NCBI GenBank assembly: GCA_964544345.1
Contig: CAZJBT010000002.1
Span: forward strand, 1-43,300
Direction of reading: 5' to 3'
DNA from: an uncultured Oscillospiraceae bacterium
GTDB taxonomy: Bacteria > Bacillota > Clostridia > Oscillospirales > Oscillospiraceae
Length of the DNA: 43,300 nt
A program made the translations under genes and the position numbers. Position 1 is the first letter of the stretch. Every line of letters begins with the position of its first letter. Of the stretch, positions 25,303 to 33,305 are shown in pieces. Below the pieces are notes generated by a model. That model saw only the letters and a list, made by a program, of their open reading frames with translations. It was not told the DNA's origin and ran no database searches.

Positions 25303-26202
25303 TCAGACCCGGGCAGCCTCCTGCTCAGGCCGCAGAATGGCCGAGACGGTGGACTGCGCGCTGCGAAGGATGGGCGAAACGCTCTCGCGCGGCCAGGCAA
25401 GGGTGAGCGTCGGGCCGGTGTTTTTGTGCGCCGGATCATCGAGCGGGATGTAGCAAAGCCCCGTGATGTTCACGTCGTCGATCACAGGCAGGCAGGCCAC
25501 GCCGCGATTCGCCTTGACCATGGCGAACACGGAGTCGAGGTCGCGCAGGACGATGCCGTGGTTGCCAAGCTCATTCATGAAGCTGGTACGGATCTCCTCG
25601 ATCCGGCGCATGCCCTCGGCGGCGAACACCTCGTTCGGCTCGATCTCGGAGATGGGGATGCGGTCGCGCCCGGCGAAGCGGTAACGCTCCGAGACGATGA
25701 CGACCTGATCGTAAATGCCATAGGTCAAGCAGTCGAGCGACTCCGGAAGCGCCGGATAGGGGTTGAAAAACAGCGCCGCGTCGATGCGGTTGGAGGTCAG
25801 GCGCTCGAGCAGGTCGTCCTCCGGCTCGGCGCGCTCCAGGACGAATTCCACATTGGGATGGAGCTGGGAGAGCGTGTCAATGATGCGGTTGAACTTTTCT
25901 CCGAAGCATACGCGCGAGTAGGCGAAGGTGAAAAGCTCCTTGTCCGACCGGGTCTTGACGCGCTGGCAGGCGCTGTCGAGCCGCTCGAGCAGCGGCGCGA
26001 CGTCGAGATAGAAGCCGTGCCCGGCCGGCGTAAGACGCACCGAGCGCGTCGAGCGGGTGAAGAGCTTGACGCCCAGGTTTTCCTCGAGCGCGCGGATGTG
26101 GTAGGAGACAACGGCCTGTGTGACGAAGAACTGCTTGCCGACCCGGCTGAAATTCCGCTGCTCGGCCAGCGCGACAAAGTAACGAAGCTGTACCAGCGTC
26201 AT
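25303..26202 (-). CDS. LysR-family transcriptional regulator
   Basis: N-terminal HTH LRYFVALAEQRNFSRVGKQFFVTQAVVSYHIRALEENLGVKLF, about 300 aa, GGGAGG RBS. Confidence 0.9.
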   Translation of the reverse strand: MTLVQLRYFVALAEQRNFSRVGKQFFVTQAVVSYHIRALEENLGVKLFTRSTRSVRLTPAGHGFYLDVAPLLERLDSACQRVKTRSDKELFTFAYSRVCFGEKFNRIIDTLSQLHPNVEFVLERAEPEDDLLERLTSNRIDAALFFNPYPALPESLDCLTYGIYDQVVIVSERYRFAGRDRIPISEIEPNEVFAAEGMRRIEEIRTSFMNELGNHGIVLRDLDSVFAMVKANRGVACLPVIDDVNITGLCYIPLDDPAHKNTGPTLTLAWPRESVSPILRSAQSTVSAILRPEQEAARV

Positions 26203-26234
26203 ATCGCAAACCTCCCGTCTTTTTTTGTTATTTT

Positions 26235-26263
26235 ATTATATAAGGAAAGCGGTGCATTGTCAA
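26235..26263 (-). promoter_or_regulatory. Perfect-consensus sigma-A promoter TTGACA-17-TATAAT for the LysR gene
   Basis: The minus strand reads ttgaca atgcaccgctttcctta tataat. It lies about 33 nt upstream of ATG 26202. Confidence 0.65.
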
Positions 26264-26290
26264 TTTATCAAAAAATTGTATGAATTCATT

Positions 26291-26322
26291 GCGCAGACAA
26301 ACAGAGCGCAGACAAACAGAGC
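26291..26322. repeat. 15-bp tandem direct repeat gcgcagacaaacaga x2.1
   Basis: Exact copies at 26291-26305 and 26306-26320 plus a partial third. They lie between the upstream terminator hairpin and the LysR promoter. Confidence 0.85.
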
Positions 26323-26328
26323 AAAGGC

Positions 26329-26356
26329 GGCGGGCGCCGCATACGCAGCGCCCGCC
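26329..26356 (-). terminator. Hairpin after the flavoprotein gene 26377-28458
   Basis: ggcgggcgc / gcgcccgcc stem. On the minus strand it is followed by a T-rich tract, cctttgctctgtttg. Confidence 0.4.
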
Positions 26357-26376
26357 GGACGGATACCAGGATCGCT

Positions 26377-28458
26377 TCAGATCTGCATGCAGACGCCGAA
26401 CGCATCGCGGATGGCGTGGCGCATAGTGCCGTTTTCGCGGCAGTCGCCGATCATGTAGAATTCCGGCGCGCTGCCCTGGAACGAGATCGCGAGCGCGCTG
26501 TTCGGCTCCATACCGCCGGCGGCGACGATATCGTCGCAGGTGACGGTGTGCACCGCGCCCTCCTTGTCGACAAAGGTGACGCGATCCGGCTCGATCTTCG
26601 TCGTGCGGACGGAGTGGTATGTCAGCACGCCGGACTTGTTGGCCAGGATGTTCATGTACGGGATCGAACGGATCGGGTTGAGGTCGTAGCCGATACACTC
26701 CTTGCGGCTCAGTTGGATGACCTCGTGACCCTGCTTGGCGAGGTAGATGGCCGCCTCAGAGGCGGACGACGCGCCGCCGATGACGACGACGGTGCGGCCG
26801 ATCTCGCCCTCATGGCCGTAGATGCTGATGGGATCCCATTTGGCGTTCTCAACGCCCTCGATGGCCGGCGCCTTGGCGGAGCCGCCGACGGCGACGACGA
26901 CGGCGTCAAAGCCGCCTGCCTTGACCAGTTCCGGCGTGGCCGCGGTGTTCAAGCGGACTTCGATGCCGCGCTTTTCCACCTGTGCCTTCAAAAAGTCGAG
27001 GTAGCGCTTCAGCTCCCACTTGAAGTCGCAGAAGTTGGCCATTTTGATCTGGCCGCCCAGCTCATCCGAGGCCTCGAAGATCACGGGCGTGTGGCCGCGA
27101 TCTTTCAAGTACATGGCCGACTTCATGCCGCCCGGGCCGCCGCCGATGACGGCGACCTTTTTCAGCTTCGTGACCGGCTTGACGATGAACGGCAGACGGT
27201 ACTCGATCCCCATCTCGGGGTTGATGGTGCACTGGCTCATCCATTCGCCGGTGGAGCTGGTGCCGCGGCAGCAGTGGCACTCGATGCACGGGTTCGCGTC
27301 CTCGCCGCGGCCCTCCTGCAGGAGCTTGCCGAGATTCTCGTTGCAGATGAACATATGGCCCGGCGCGATGAAGTCGCAGCGACCCGCGGCGATCTCCGCT
27401 TCCATCTGATCGAGATCCTTGTACGGCGTGGAAATGGCGATGGGGATTTTAACGCCCTTGGACTTGAGATAGGCGCTCGCGTCAGCGCTCAGGCAGCCGT
27501 CCTCGGGAACATGATCGGCGCCGCGGACGCGAAGGTGCAGGATGTCGGCATATGGCTCGGCGAGCTTGAGGAACTCGGCCATCTCGTCGAGCGTCATGCC
27601 GTCGCCGCCCGGCTCGGCGCAGAGCGCGGGCGCGTTGATCGAGAGCAGGAACCGCTCGCCGAGCGCGGCGCGCAGGCGCTTAAGCAGCTCGAGCGGCAGG
27701 CGCATCCGGTTCTCGAGCGAGCCGCCGTATTCATCGGTGCGGTGATTGTAGGCCGCGCGCAGGAACTGGCCGATGGGGTAGTTGGAGCCGAGGTCGAGAT
27801 AGCCGCCGTCCGCGCCGAGGGATTTCCACTTTTTTGCATGCTCAACCATCTTGTCGAGGTACTCGGCGATGACCTCCGGAGACATGTAGGTCAGGCGGCC
27901 GAAGGGGTCAACGCGCTCGCCGGCCTCGGCGTCCTCCTCGGTCGGTATCGGGCCGTCGAAGTTCATCTGCGTCGTCTTGGCGAAGTCGAGCGAGGTCGGA
28001 ACGGGATTGCCAAAGCGGTCGATGAAGTCCTCCGGCTTGGTGCCCCAGGGCGGCAGGCCGCGTTCGACCGTAACATTCCAGGCCGGATCGTTGCAGCTCA
28101 GGTGCATACGCCGGCCGATGTTCAGCTCAGGGCAGACATAGGAGCCGTACAGATGCATGTGGCCGGTGAAGTGGTTGATGCCGTTCTGCGCGCCTTTGTC
28201 GTCGATGTTGTACATGCTGAAGTGACCGCAGTCGAGCGGCTGGGTGCGCTGCTGGCGGTCAGTCAGATCCTGGAGCCAGATCATAGCCGCGCCGCAATCG
28301 CGCACGCGCGCTTCGTAGTAGCTGATGGTCTGACCTGCGGGATAGTTCTCATCGCCCTGCAGGAAGTGAGGCTGTGCGACCGGATAGATGAGACGCGTCT
28401 TGAGGACGTTGCCGCGGATGCAGATCGGCGAAATGAGGTGCTTGTAGCGATCGGACAT
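26377..28458 (-). CDS. 2,4-dienoyl-CoA-reductase / OYE-like flavoprotein, divergent paralogue 4
   Basis: RYKHLISPICIRGNVLKTRL N-terminus (like 1387-3375), HRTDEYGGSLENR, CIECHCC...C cluster, VIGGGPGGM and VIGGASSASE Rossmann motifs. The start is set at ATG 28458. Confidence 0.85.
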   Translation of the reverse strand: MSDRYKHLISPICIRGNVLKTRLIYPVAQPHFLQGDENYPAGQTISYYEARVRDCGAAMIWLQDLTDRQQRTQPLDCGHFSMYNIDDKGAQNGINHFTGHMHLYGSYVCPELNIGRRMHLSCNDPAWNVTVERGLPPWGTKPEDFIDRFGNPVPTSLDFAKTTQMNFDGPIPTEEDAEAGERVDPFGRLTYMSPEVIAEYLDKMVEHAKKWKSLGADGGYLDLGSNYPIGQFLRAAYNHRTDEYGGSLENRMRLPLELLKRLRAALGERFLLSINAPALCAEPGGDGMTLDEMAEFLKLAEPYADILHLRVRGADHVPEDGCLSADASAYLKSKGVKIPIAISTPYKDLDQMEAEIAAGRCDFIAPGHMFICNENLGKLLQEGRGEDANPCIECHCCRGTSSTGEWMSQCTINPEMGIEYRLPFIVKPVTKLKKVAVIGGGPGGMKSAMYLKDRGHTPVIFEASDELGGQIKMANFCDFKWELKRYLDFLKAQVEKRGIEVRLNTAATPELVKAGGFDAVVVAVGGSAKAPAIEGVENAKWDPISIYGHEGEIGRTVVVIGGASSASEAAIYLAKQGHEVIQLSRKECIGYDLNPIRSIPYMNILANKSGVLTYHSVRTTKIEPDRVTFVDKEGAVHTVTCDDIVAAGGMEPNSALAISFQGSAPEFYMIGDCRENGTMRHAIRDAFGVCMQI

Positions 28459-28483
28459 AACGTTTTTCCTTTCTGGATACAGA

Positions 28484-28518
28484 ATAAAATGCGGCGCGGG
28501 AAAGCCGGGCTTTCCCGC
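28484..28518 (-). terminator. Intercistronic terminator-like hairpin between a binding-protein gene and the flavoprotein gene
   Basis: gcgggaaagc / gctttcccgc stem followed on the minus strand by ATTTTATT. Only about 25 nt remain before the next start, so downstream expression needs read-through. Confidence 0.5.
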
Positions 28519-28553
28519 ACCGGTGAAAAAGCTCAATAGATCAACTCAATGAA

Positions 28554-30197
28554 TCAATAGACGAAGGTCACATCGATGCAGGTCGGGTTGGCCGGGTTGC
28601 CCATCGGGAAATCGGCGATCTTGGTGTTGTTCCAGACCAGCATACTGACACGCTCGCAGACGTTGAGTACCATATGCTCGTCGACGAGGAAGTTCTGCAG
28701 GAAGGAGTAGCCCTCGGCGCGGACGTCGGAGTCGACGCTGTTGGTGGCCTTCTCATATGCTTCGTCCCACTCGGGCGTGCTGATGGACATGGCGTCCGTC
28801 GTGGAGGTGGGGGCGTAGTTGGCAAAGACGTTGACCGGGTCGGAGAAGTATGCGCCGTCGATGGTCTCGCCGATCAGGACGTCGCTTTCGCCTTCCTTCC
28901 ACATGCCGATCAGGGTGCCGATGTCATAGGTCTCGACCGTCAGGGTGATGCCGACGGCGGCGAGATACGCCTGCAGCGCCTCGGCGAGAACCTGGTTGCC
29001 GGTATCGGTCAGCAGACGCAGGGTGATATCGCCGTCAGAGTAGCCGGCCTCTTCCAGCAGCTCGCGGGCACGGTCGGGATCGTAGGTGTTGGTGCCGACG
29101 TTCTCATAGAACTGGACGTTGGTGGTGATGATGGAGGTCGCTTCGATCCACAGCGGGCCGTAGTTGGCGATGGCGAGGGATTCGACGTCGACGGCCAGGC
29201 AGAACGCTTCGCGGACGCGCTCGTCGTCAAAGAACGGGCAGGTGTCGCAGAGCTGGATACGGGTGACGTCCTTCGCGGAGATGAGGTCGTACGAGGTGAA
29301 GTCCGCGCAGTCGCCGGCGATGACGCGCTCGGCGTCCATCGCGCTGATGCCGAAGGCGGCGTCGAGCGTGCCGTTCTCAAAGTCGATGTAGAGCGCGGAC
29401 GGCTCGGAGTAGTATTTGTAGGTGACGGTCTCGGCCTGCGGCAGCTCGCCCCAGTACTGGTCGGCGCTCTTGCGCTCATAGGAGATCGTGGAGGCCGCGA
29501 TGTTCTCGGTGCAGATGTACGGGCCGGTGCCGTTCGGATCGTTGAACCAGTCCTCAGCGGTGTAGTTCGCGATATCCTCGGCGCAGAAGATCGCCCAGCA
29601 GGTCAGGTAGCTGATGGCGGGGCCATAGATGCGGTTGAACGCGAAGTAGAGCGTGAGGTCGTCTTCGACATAGCAGTTATCCCAGTCGAAGACCTCCCAG
29701 AAGGTGCTCTCACGGCCAAACTCGTTCCAGGCCTTGTAGGTCTCCATGACGTCGTTCGCGGTCAGCTTCTGGCCGTGGGTGAAGTAGACGTTGTCGCGGA
29801 TCTTGATCTTGATGGTGTAGTCGTCGACGTATTCCACGCTCTCAGCAAGCTGGTACTCAAGCTCGCCGGACGGGAGGACGTCGAGCAGGTACTCGAAGCA
29901 CATGCGGATCTGGGTGGGGTTGTCAGTGTAGGTGCGGAAGTCGAACGTGTCGTTCTTGACCGCGGAGCCGATGACCAGCGAGTAGTCGCCGGACGGTTCG
30001 CCGCCGGACGAAGCCGGCTCGCCGCTGTTGGCCGGCTGCTGGGTGTCGCCGCCGGACGAGGCCGGCTCGCCGCTGTTGGCTGGCTGCTGGGTGTCGCCGC
30101 CGTCCGTATCGCCCTCATCCTTCGAGCAGGCGGAGAGGACAGAAAAAACCATGGCAAGCGCGAGAAGCAGTGCGAGCAATTTCGTGTACTTTTTCAT
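28554..30197 (-). CDS. Family-5 ABC substrate-binding lipoprotein, copy 2, with a repeat-containing linker
   Basis: Lipobox LSACSK and a duplicated 16-aa unit GDTQQPANSGEPASSG after the lipidated Cys. The mature domain is collinear with the other two binding proteins. A GGAGGA RBS lies upstream. Confidence 0.85.
   Translation of the reverse strand: MKKYTKLLALLLALAMVFSVLSACSKDEGDTDGGDTQQPANSGEPASSGGDTQQPANSGEPASSGGEPSGDYSLVIGSAVKNDTFDFRTYTDNPTQIRMCFEYLLDVLPSGELEYQLAESVEYVDDYTIKIKIRDNVYFTHGQKLTANDVMETYKAWNEFGRESTFWEVFDWDNCYVEDDLTLYFAFNRIYGPAISYLTCWAIFCAEDIANYTAEDWFNDPNGTGPYICTENIAASTISYERKSADQYWGELPQAETVTYKYYSEPSALYIDFENGTLDAAFGISAMDAERVIAGDCADFTSYDLISAKDVTRIQLCDTCPFFDDERVREAFCLAVDVESLAIANYGPLWIEATSIITTNVQFYENVGTNTYDPDRARELLEEAGYSDGDITLRLLTDTGNQVLAEALQAYLAAVGITLTVETYDIGTLIGMWKEGESDVLIGETIDGAYFSDPVNVFANYAPTSTTDAMSISTPEWDEAYEKATNSVDSDVRAEGYSFLQNFLVDEHMVLNVCERVSMLVWNNTKIADFPMGNPANPTCIDVTFVY
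30001..30102. repeat. 48-bp in-frame tandem repeat (2.1 copies) inside the binding-protein gene
   Basis: 30001-30048 and 30049-30096 differ at two positions. A partial third copy gccgcc follows. Confidence 0.9.
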
Positions 30198-30268
30198 TGT
30201 TTTCCTCCGTTAAATGAATTATGATAGGCGCGGCCGGTCAGGCGGCGCAGATCACCGACGGGCAGGTG

Positions 30269-30289
30269 GATTTTTTGTACAAAAAAATC
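30269..30289. promoter_or_regulatory. AT-rich palindrome gattttttgtacaaaaaaatc in the divergent LysR / binding-protein control region
   Basis: Near-perfect inverted repeat centred on GTAC. It lies just downstream of the predicted minus-strand promoter. Confidence 0.35.
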
Positions 30290-30306
30290 GCTGACCTTTC
30301 TGATAA

Positions 30307-30336
30307 AGTATAGCTTTTCCACAAAGAAAAGTCCAA
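30307..30336 (-). promoter_or_regulatory. Candidate promoter TTGGAC-18-TATACT for the 30197 binding-protein gene
   Basis: The minus strand reads ttggac ttttctttgtggaaaagc tatact. Confidence 0.4.
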
Positions 30337-30377
30337 TGATTTTCCCCTATCCTAGTGATTCCTGCCCGGAATAACGC

Positions 30378-30406
30378 TTGCCGCGGTGCGCGGCGAATGG
30401 TATAAT
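30378..30406 (+). promoter_or_regulatory. Candidate promoter TTGCCG-17-(TGg)TATAAT for the LysR gene 30547
   Basis: Extended -10 TGGTATAAT, identical to those at 1303 and 3402. Confidence 0.5.
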
Positions 30407-30510
30407 AGCTGTAAGGTAGGGATTTTGATCTTCAGCATGTCGGCGCACAGCGCCGACATGCGCGGGTATCATAGCTGCAAAGCAGCTATGATACCATGAC
30501 CGCTGGTCTC
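30399..30510. repeat. Mosaic intergenic hairpin element, copy B
   Basis: Contains ggtataatagctg, a perfect 12-bp-stem hairpin at 30435-30461 (gcatgtcggcgc aca gcgccgacatgc), a 12-5-12 palindrome at 30466-30494 and a truncated accatgaccgctggtc module. Confidence 0.8.
30466..30494. promoter_or_regulatory. Perfect 12-5-12 dyad gtatcatagctg caaag cagctatgatac
   Basis: Perfect inverted repeat. The left arm contains a -10-like TATCAT. It lies in the leader of, or upstream of, the LysR gene. Confidence 0.5.
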
Positions 30511-30546
30511 GTATCACGAAAAAAGACGCATAGGAGGCGGAGACAG

Positions 30547-31473
30547 ATGGAAATTGCGCAGCTCCAGTATTTTACCGTACTGGCCAGGACGGAGCACATG
30601 ACAAAGGCGGCGGAGCTTCTGAACATCTCGCAGCCGACGCTGAGCAAGTCGATCTCGAATCTGGAAGCGGAGCTGGGTCTTCCGCTGTTCTCCCGGACGG
30701 GGCACCAGATCTCGCTCAACCACGAGGGGCGCATCCTGCTTCGCTACGCGCAGCTCGTGCTCAAGGATCTCGACGCCGCACGGCAGGTGATGCACGATCT
30801 GTCGACCGGCGTGACCGGCCAGATCGCCATTGGCACGACGATGAGCTTCGATCCGGCCAGCCCGGTGCGCTGCTATCTGGGGGACTTTTTCCTGCGCTAC
30901 CCAAACGTGTCGCAGAAGGTCTACACGCTTGACATGGGTCGGTGTCTTGATTCGCTGCTCGCGGGTCGGTTCAATTTTATTTTCACCATCCGCGTGCCGG
31001 ACACGCCCGGCATCGTCTGGACGCCGCTGTATGAGTCGCACATCGACGCGCTCGTGCCGGAGAGCCACCCGTTCGCGCGGCGCGCGGTGCTCAGTCTTGA
31101 CGACCTGAAGGACGAGCCGCTTCTGTGCAACGTCTCGGTGGCCGACGGCATCGACATCGTGCAGAATCTGGCCAATCAGACCGGCCACGAGCCGAGCCTG
31201 CTCTACGACGGCTATGATATGGAGCTGATCACGAAGGCGGTCGGCCGCGGCTTTGGCGTTGGTCTGGCCACGTCCACCGCGCTGGCGGACTATGCCGAGC
31301 AGCACGGCCTGCTGTCCGGCTCGCAGTCCGTGCGGATCGTCCCGCTGCGTGACGCCAAGCTCAACCGCACGGTCTCCATCGGCCACCGCGTGGATCAGAG
31401 CTTCACGCCGGCTGCGCGCGAGTTCTTTGAAGGTCTCGTCCACTGGTGCCGCCAAAGCGATCCGCAGAGATAG
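30547..31473 (+). CDS. LysR-family transcriptional regulator
   Basis: MEIAQLQYFTVLARTEHMTKAAELLNISQPTLSKSISNLEAELGLPLF. An AGGAGG RBS lies upstream. It is divergent from the binding-protein/flavoprotein genes. Confidence 0.9.
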   Translation: MEIAQLQYFTVLARTEHMTKAAELLNISQPTLSKSISNLEAELGLPLFSRTGHQISLNHEGRILLRYAQLVLKDLDAARQVMHDLSTGVTGQIAIGTTMSFDPASPVRCYLGDFFLRYPNVSQKVYTLDMGRCLDSLLAGRFNFIFTIRVPDTPGIVWTPLYESHIDALVPESHPFARRAVLSLDDLKDEPLLCNVSVADGIDIVQNLANQTGHEPSLLYDGYDMELITKAVGRGFGVGLATSTALADYAEQHGLLSGSQSVRIVPLRDAKLNRTVSIGHRVDQSFTPAAREFFEGLVHWCRQSDPQR

Positions 31474-31571
31474 GCGGCGCGGCGGACAGGATCGCTGAAC
31501 CAGGCGCGTATCCGGCAAGCTTCGCGGGCAATTGCGCTGCATTTTGTTTGTGCACGAACAGTGATCCATAC

Positions 31572-31598
31572 TAAAATAGCTGCTTTGCAGCTATTTTA
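31572..31598. promoter_or_regulatory. Perfect 11-5-11 dyad taaaatagctg ctttg cagctatttta
   Basis: Perfect inverted repeat with the same arms as 31700-31726. It abuts a possible TTGTTT-17-CATACT promoter at 31544-31572. Confidence 0.45.
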
Positions 31599-31676
31599 GC
31601 TGCGCATGTCGGCGCACCGCGCCGACGCGCTGAGAATTAAAATCCCGGCCATGCGCGCAGAGCACGCGAATGGCCG

Positions 31677-31705
31677 TTTACCATGACCGCAGGTCATGGT
31701 AAAAT
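31677..31705 (+). promoter_or_regulatory. Candidate promoter TTTACC-17-(TGg)TAAAAT for the flavoprotein gene 31773
   Basis: Extended -10 TGGTAAAAT. The -10 hexamer is part of the left arm of the dyad at 31700-31726. Confidence 0.45.
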
Positions 31706-31726
31706 AGCTGTAAAACAGCTATTTTA
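31700..31726. promoter_or_regulatory. Perfect 11-5-11 dyad taaaatagctg taaaa cagctatttta overlapping the -10
   Basis: Perfect inverted repeat, 47 nt upstream of ATG 31773. Confidence 0.5.
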
Positions 31727-31772
31727 CCCGCGCAGCATTGAGAGATCAGAGATGAAATAAAGGAGAATCGGG

Positions 31773-33281
31773 ATGAAACAGCTTGAGGCAGATGTGATCA
31801 TCGTCGCCGGCGGTATGTCCGGCATCTGCGCCGCGGCGGCCGCGGCGGAAAAAGGCGCGTCGGTGCTCGTCTTTGAAAAGACGAGCACGGTCGGCGGCGC
31901 GGCGAACATGGGCATGGGCTTCTTTGCGGTCGAATCGCATATTCAGAAGGCGAACCTGATCGGTATGACGGTCGACGAGGCGTTCATGCGTTTTATGAAC
32001 TTCAACCACTGGAAGGCGAACGCCGCGCTGGTGCACAAGCTGTTCGCGCAGTCCGGCAGCACGGTCAAATGGATCGAGGATATGGGCGTCGAGTTCCTTG
32101 GCGCGTTCAAGTATTTTGACGATTCCGAGGCGACCTGGCACATCCCGAAGGTGCCCGGCTCGAACAAGCCGGTGCCGCGCTGCGCGGCGATCCTGGTCAA
32201 GGCGATCTACGATTACGCCCTGGCGCTCGGCGTGCAGTTCGTTTTCAACACAACGGTCAAGCAGCTCAAATATGACGGCACGCGCGTCACGGGCGTTCTG
32301 GCTGTCAGCGACGCGGGCGAGGAGTACGATGCGGAGTCCGACGCCGTCATCGTCTGCACCGGCGGCTTCGGCGACGATCCTGAGAAGATCGAGAAGTACA
32401 TGGGCTACCGCCACGGCGAGAACCTGTTCTCCTTCCGCATCCCTGGCCTGAAGGGCGAGGGCATGCAGATGGCGTGGGACATCGGCGCGGCAAAAACGAA
32501 CATGGTCATGGAGATGACCTACGAGACGCCCGCGCGCGTCGGCGGCGCGGCTGTCGACACGATGATGCGCCAGCCGAACCTGATGGTCAATCTGCTCGGC
32601 AAGCGCTTCTTCAACGAGGAGATGATGGCCGTTACGCCGTTCGCCGGCAATGCCATCGCGCAGCAGAAGGACTGTGTCGGCTACTCGCTGATCTCGAGCG
32701 ATATCGTCGAGACCTACCGCGAGACAGGCATCGACTTCAACTCCTATCACAAGCATCTGAACAGCGTCTCGGAGTGGGACGGGGCCGTAAAGAAATATAT
32801 CGAGGGCGGTCAGGTGGCCGAGATGAACGCGCTCATGGGCGTGAAGCGCGAGGAGAAATTTTTCTTCGTGGCCGACTCGGTGGAGGATCTGGCCGGGCAG
32901 CTCGGCGTCGACCCCGCCGCGCTCGGCGAGACCGTCGCGCGCTACAACGCCATGTGCGCGGCCGGCGCGGACGCCGACTTCGGCAAGCAGCGCCGGTACC
33001 TGCGCCCGCTGACCGGCGAGAAATTCTACGCCTGCAAGTACTACCCGTCCGGCTACGGCTCGCTCGGCGGCATCAAGACCGACGAGAACCTCCAGGTCGT
33101 GCGCGAGGACTTCTCGCCGATCCCCGGCCTGTTCTCCGCCGGTACGGACTGCTGCACCATCTTCGGCGACACGTATATGTTCTATTTCCCCGGCTCGACG
33201 ATGGGCTTTGCCATCAACTCCGGCCGCATGGCCGGCTACAACGCGGTGAACTTTATCGACACCTATGCGTTTGGGGACTGA
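31773..33281 (+). CDS. Soluble FAD-dependent oxidoreductase, fumarate-reductase/KstD (FAD_binding_2) family
   Basis: DVIIVAGGMSGICAAAAAAEKGASVLVFEK.STVGG, VIVCTGGFG and the C-terminal IPGLFSAG block. An AAAGGAG RBS lies upstream. Confidence 0.85.
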   Translation: MKQLEADVIIVAGGMSGICAAAAAAEKGASVLVFEKTSTVGGAANMGMGFFAVESHIQKANLIGMTVDEAFMRFMNFNHWKANAALVHKLFAQSGSTVKWIEDMGVEFLGAFKYFDDSEATWHIPKVPGSNKPVPRCAAILVKAIYDYALALGVQFVFNTTVKQLKYDGTRVTGVLAVSDAGEEYDAESDAVIVCTGGFGDDPEKIEKYMGYRHGENLFSFRIPGLKGEGMQMAWDIGAAKTNMVMEMTYETPARVGGAAVDTMMRQPNLMVNLLGKRFFNEEMMAVTPFAGNAIAQQKDCVGYSLISSDIVETYRETGIDFNSYHKHLNSVSEWDGAVKKYIEGGQVAEMNALMGVKREEKFFFVADSVEDLAGQLGVDPAALGETVARYNAMCAAGADADFGKQRRYLRPLTGEKFYACKYYPSGYGSLGGIKTDENLQVVREDFSPIPGLFSAGTDCCTIFGDTYMFYFPGSTMGFAINSGRMAGYNAVNFIDTYAFGD

Positions 33282-33305
33282 TCTGGTTTGCAAGAGGGAG
33301 ACGCC

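Larger units (their letters stand above)
31572..31726. repeat. Mosaic intergenic hairpin element, copy C, bounded by two copies of an 11-5-11 palindrome
   Basis: Order of modules: palindrome 31572-31598, hairpin 31602-31630, linker gagaattaaaatcc, hairpin 31646-31676, 12-bp-stem hairpin 31677-31703, palindrome 31700-31726. Confidence 0.85.
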
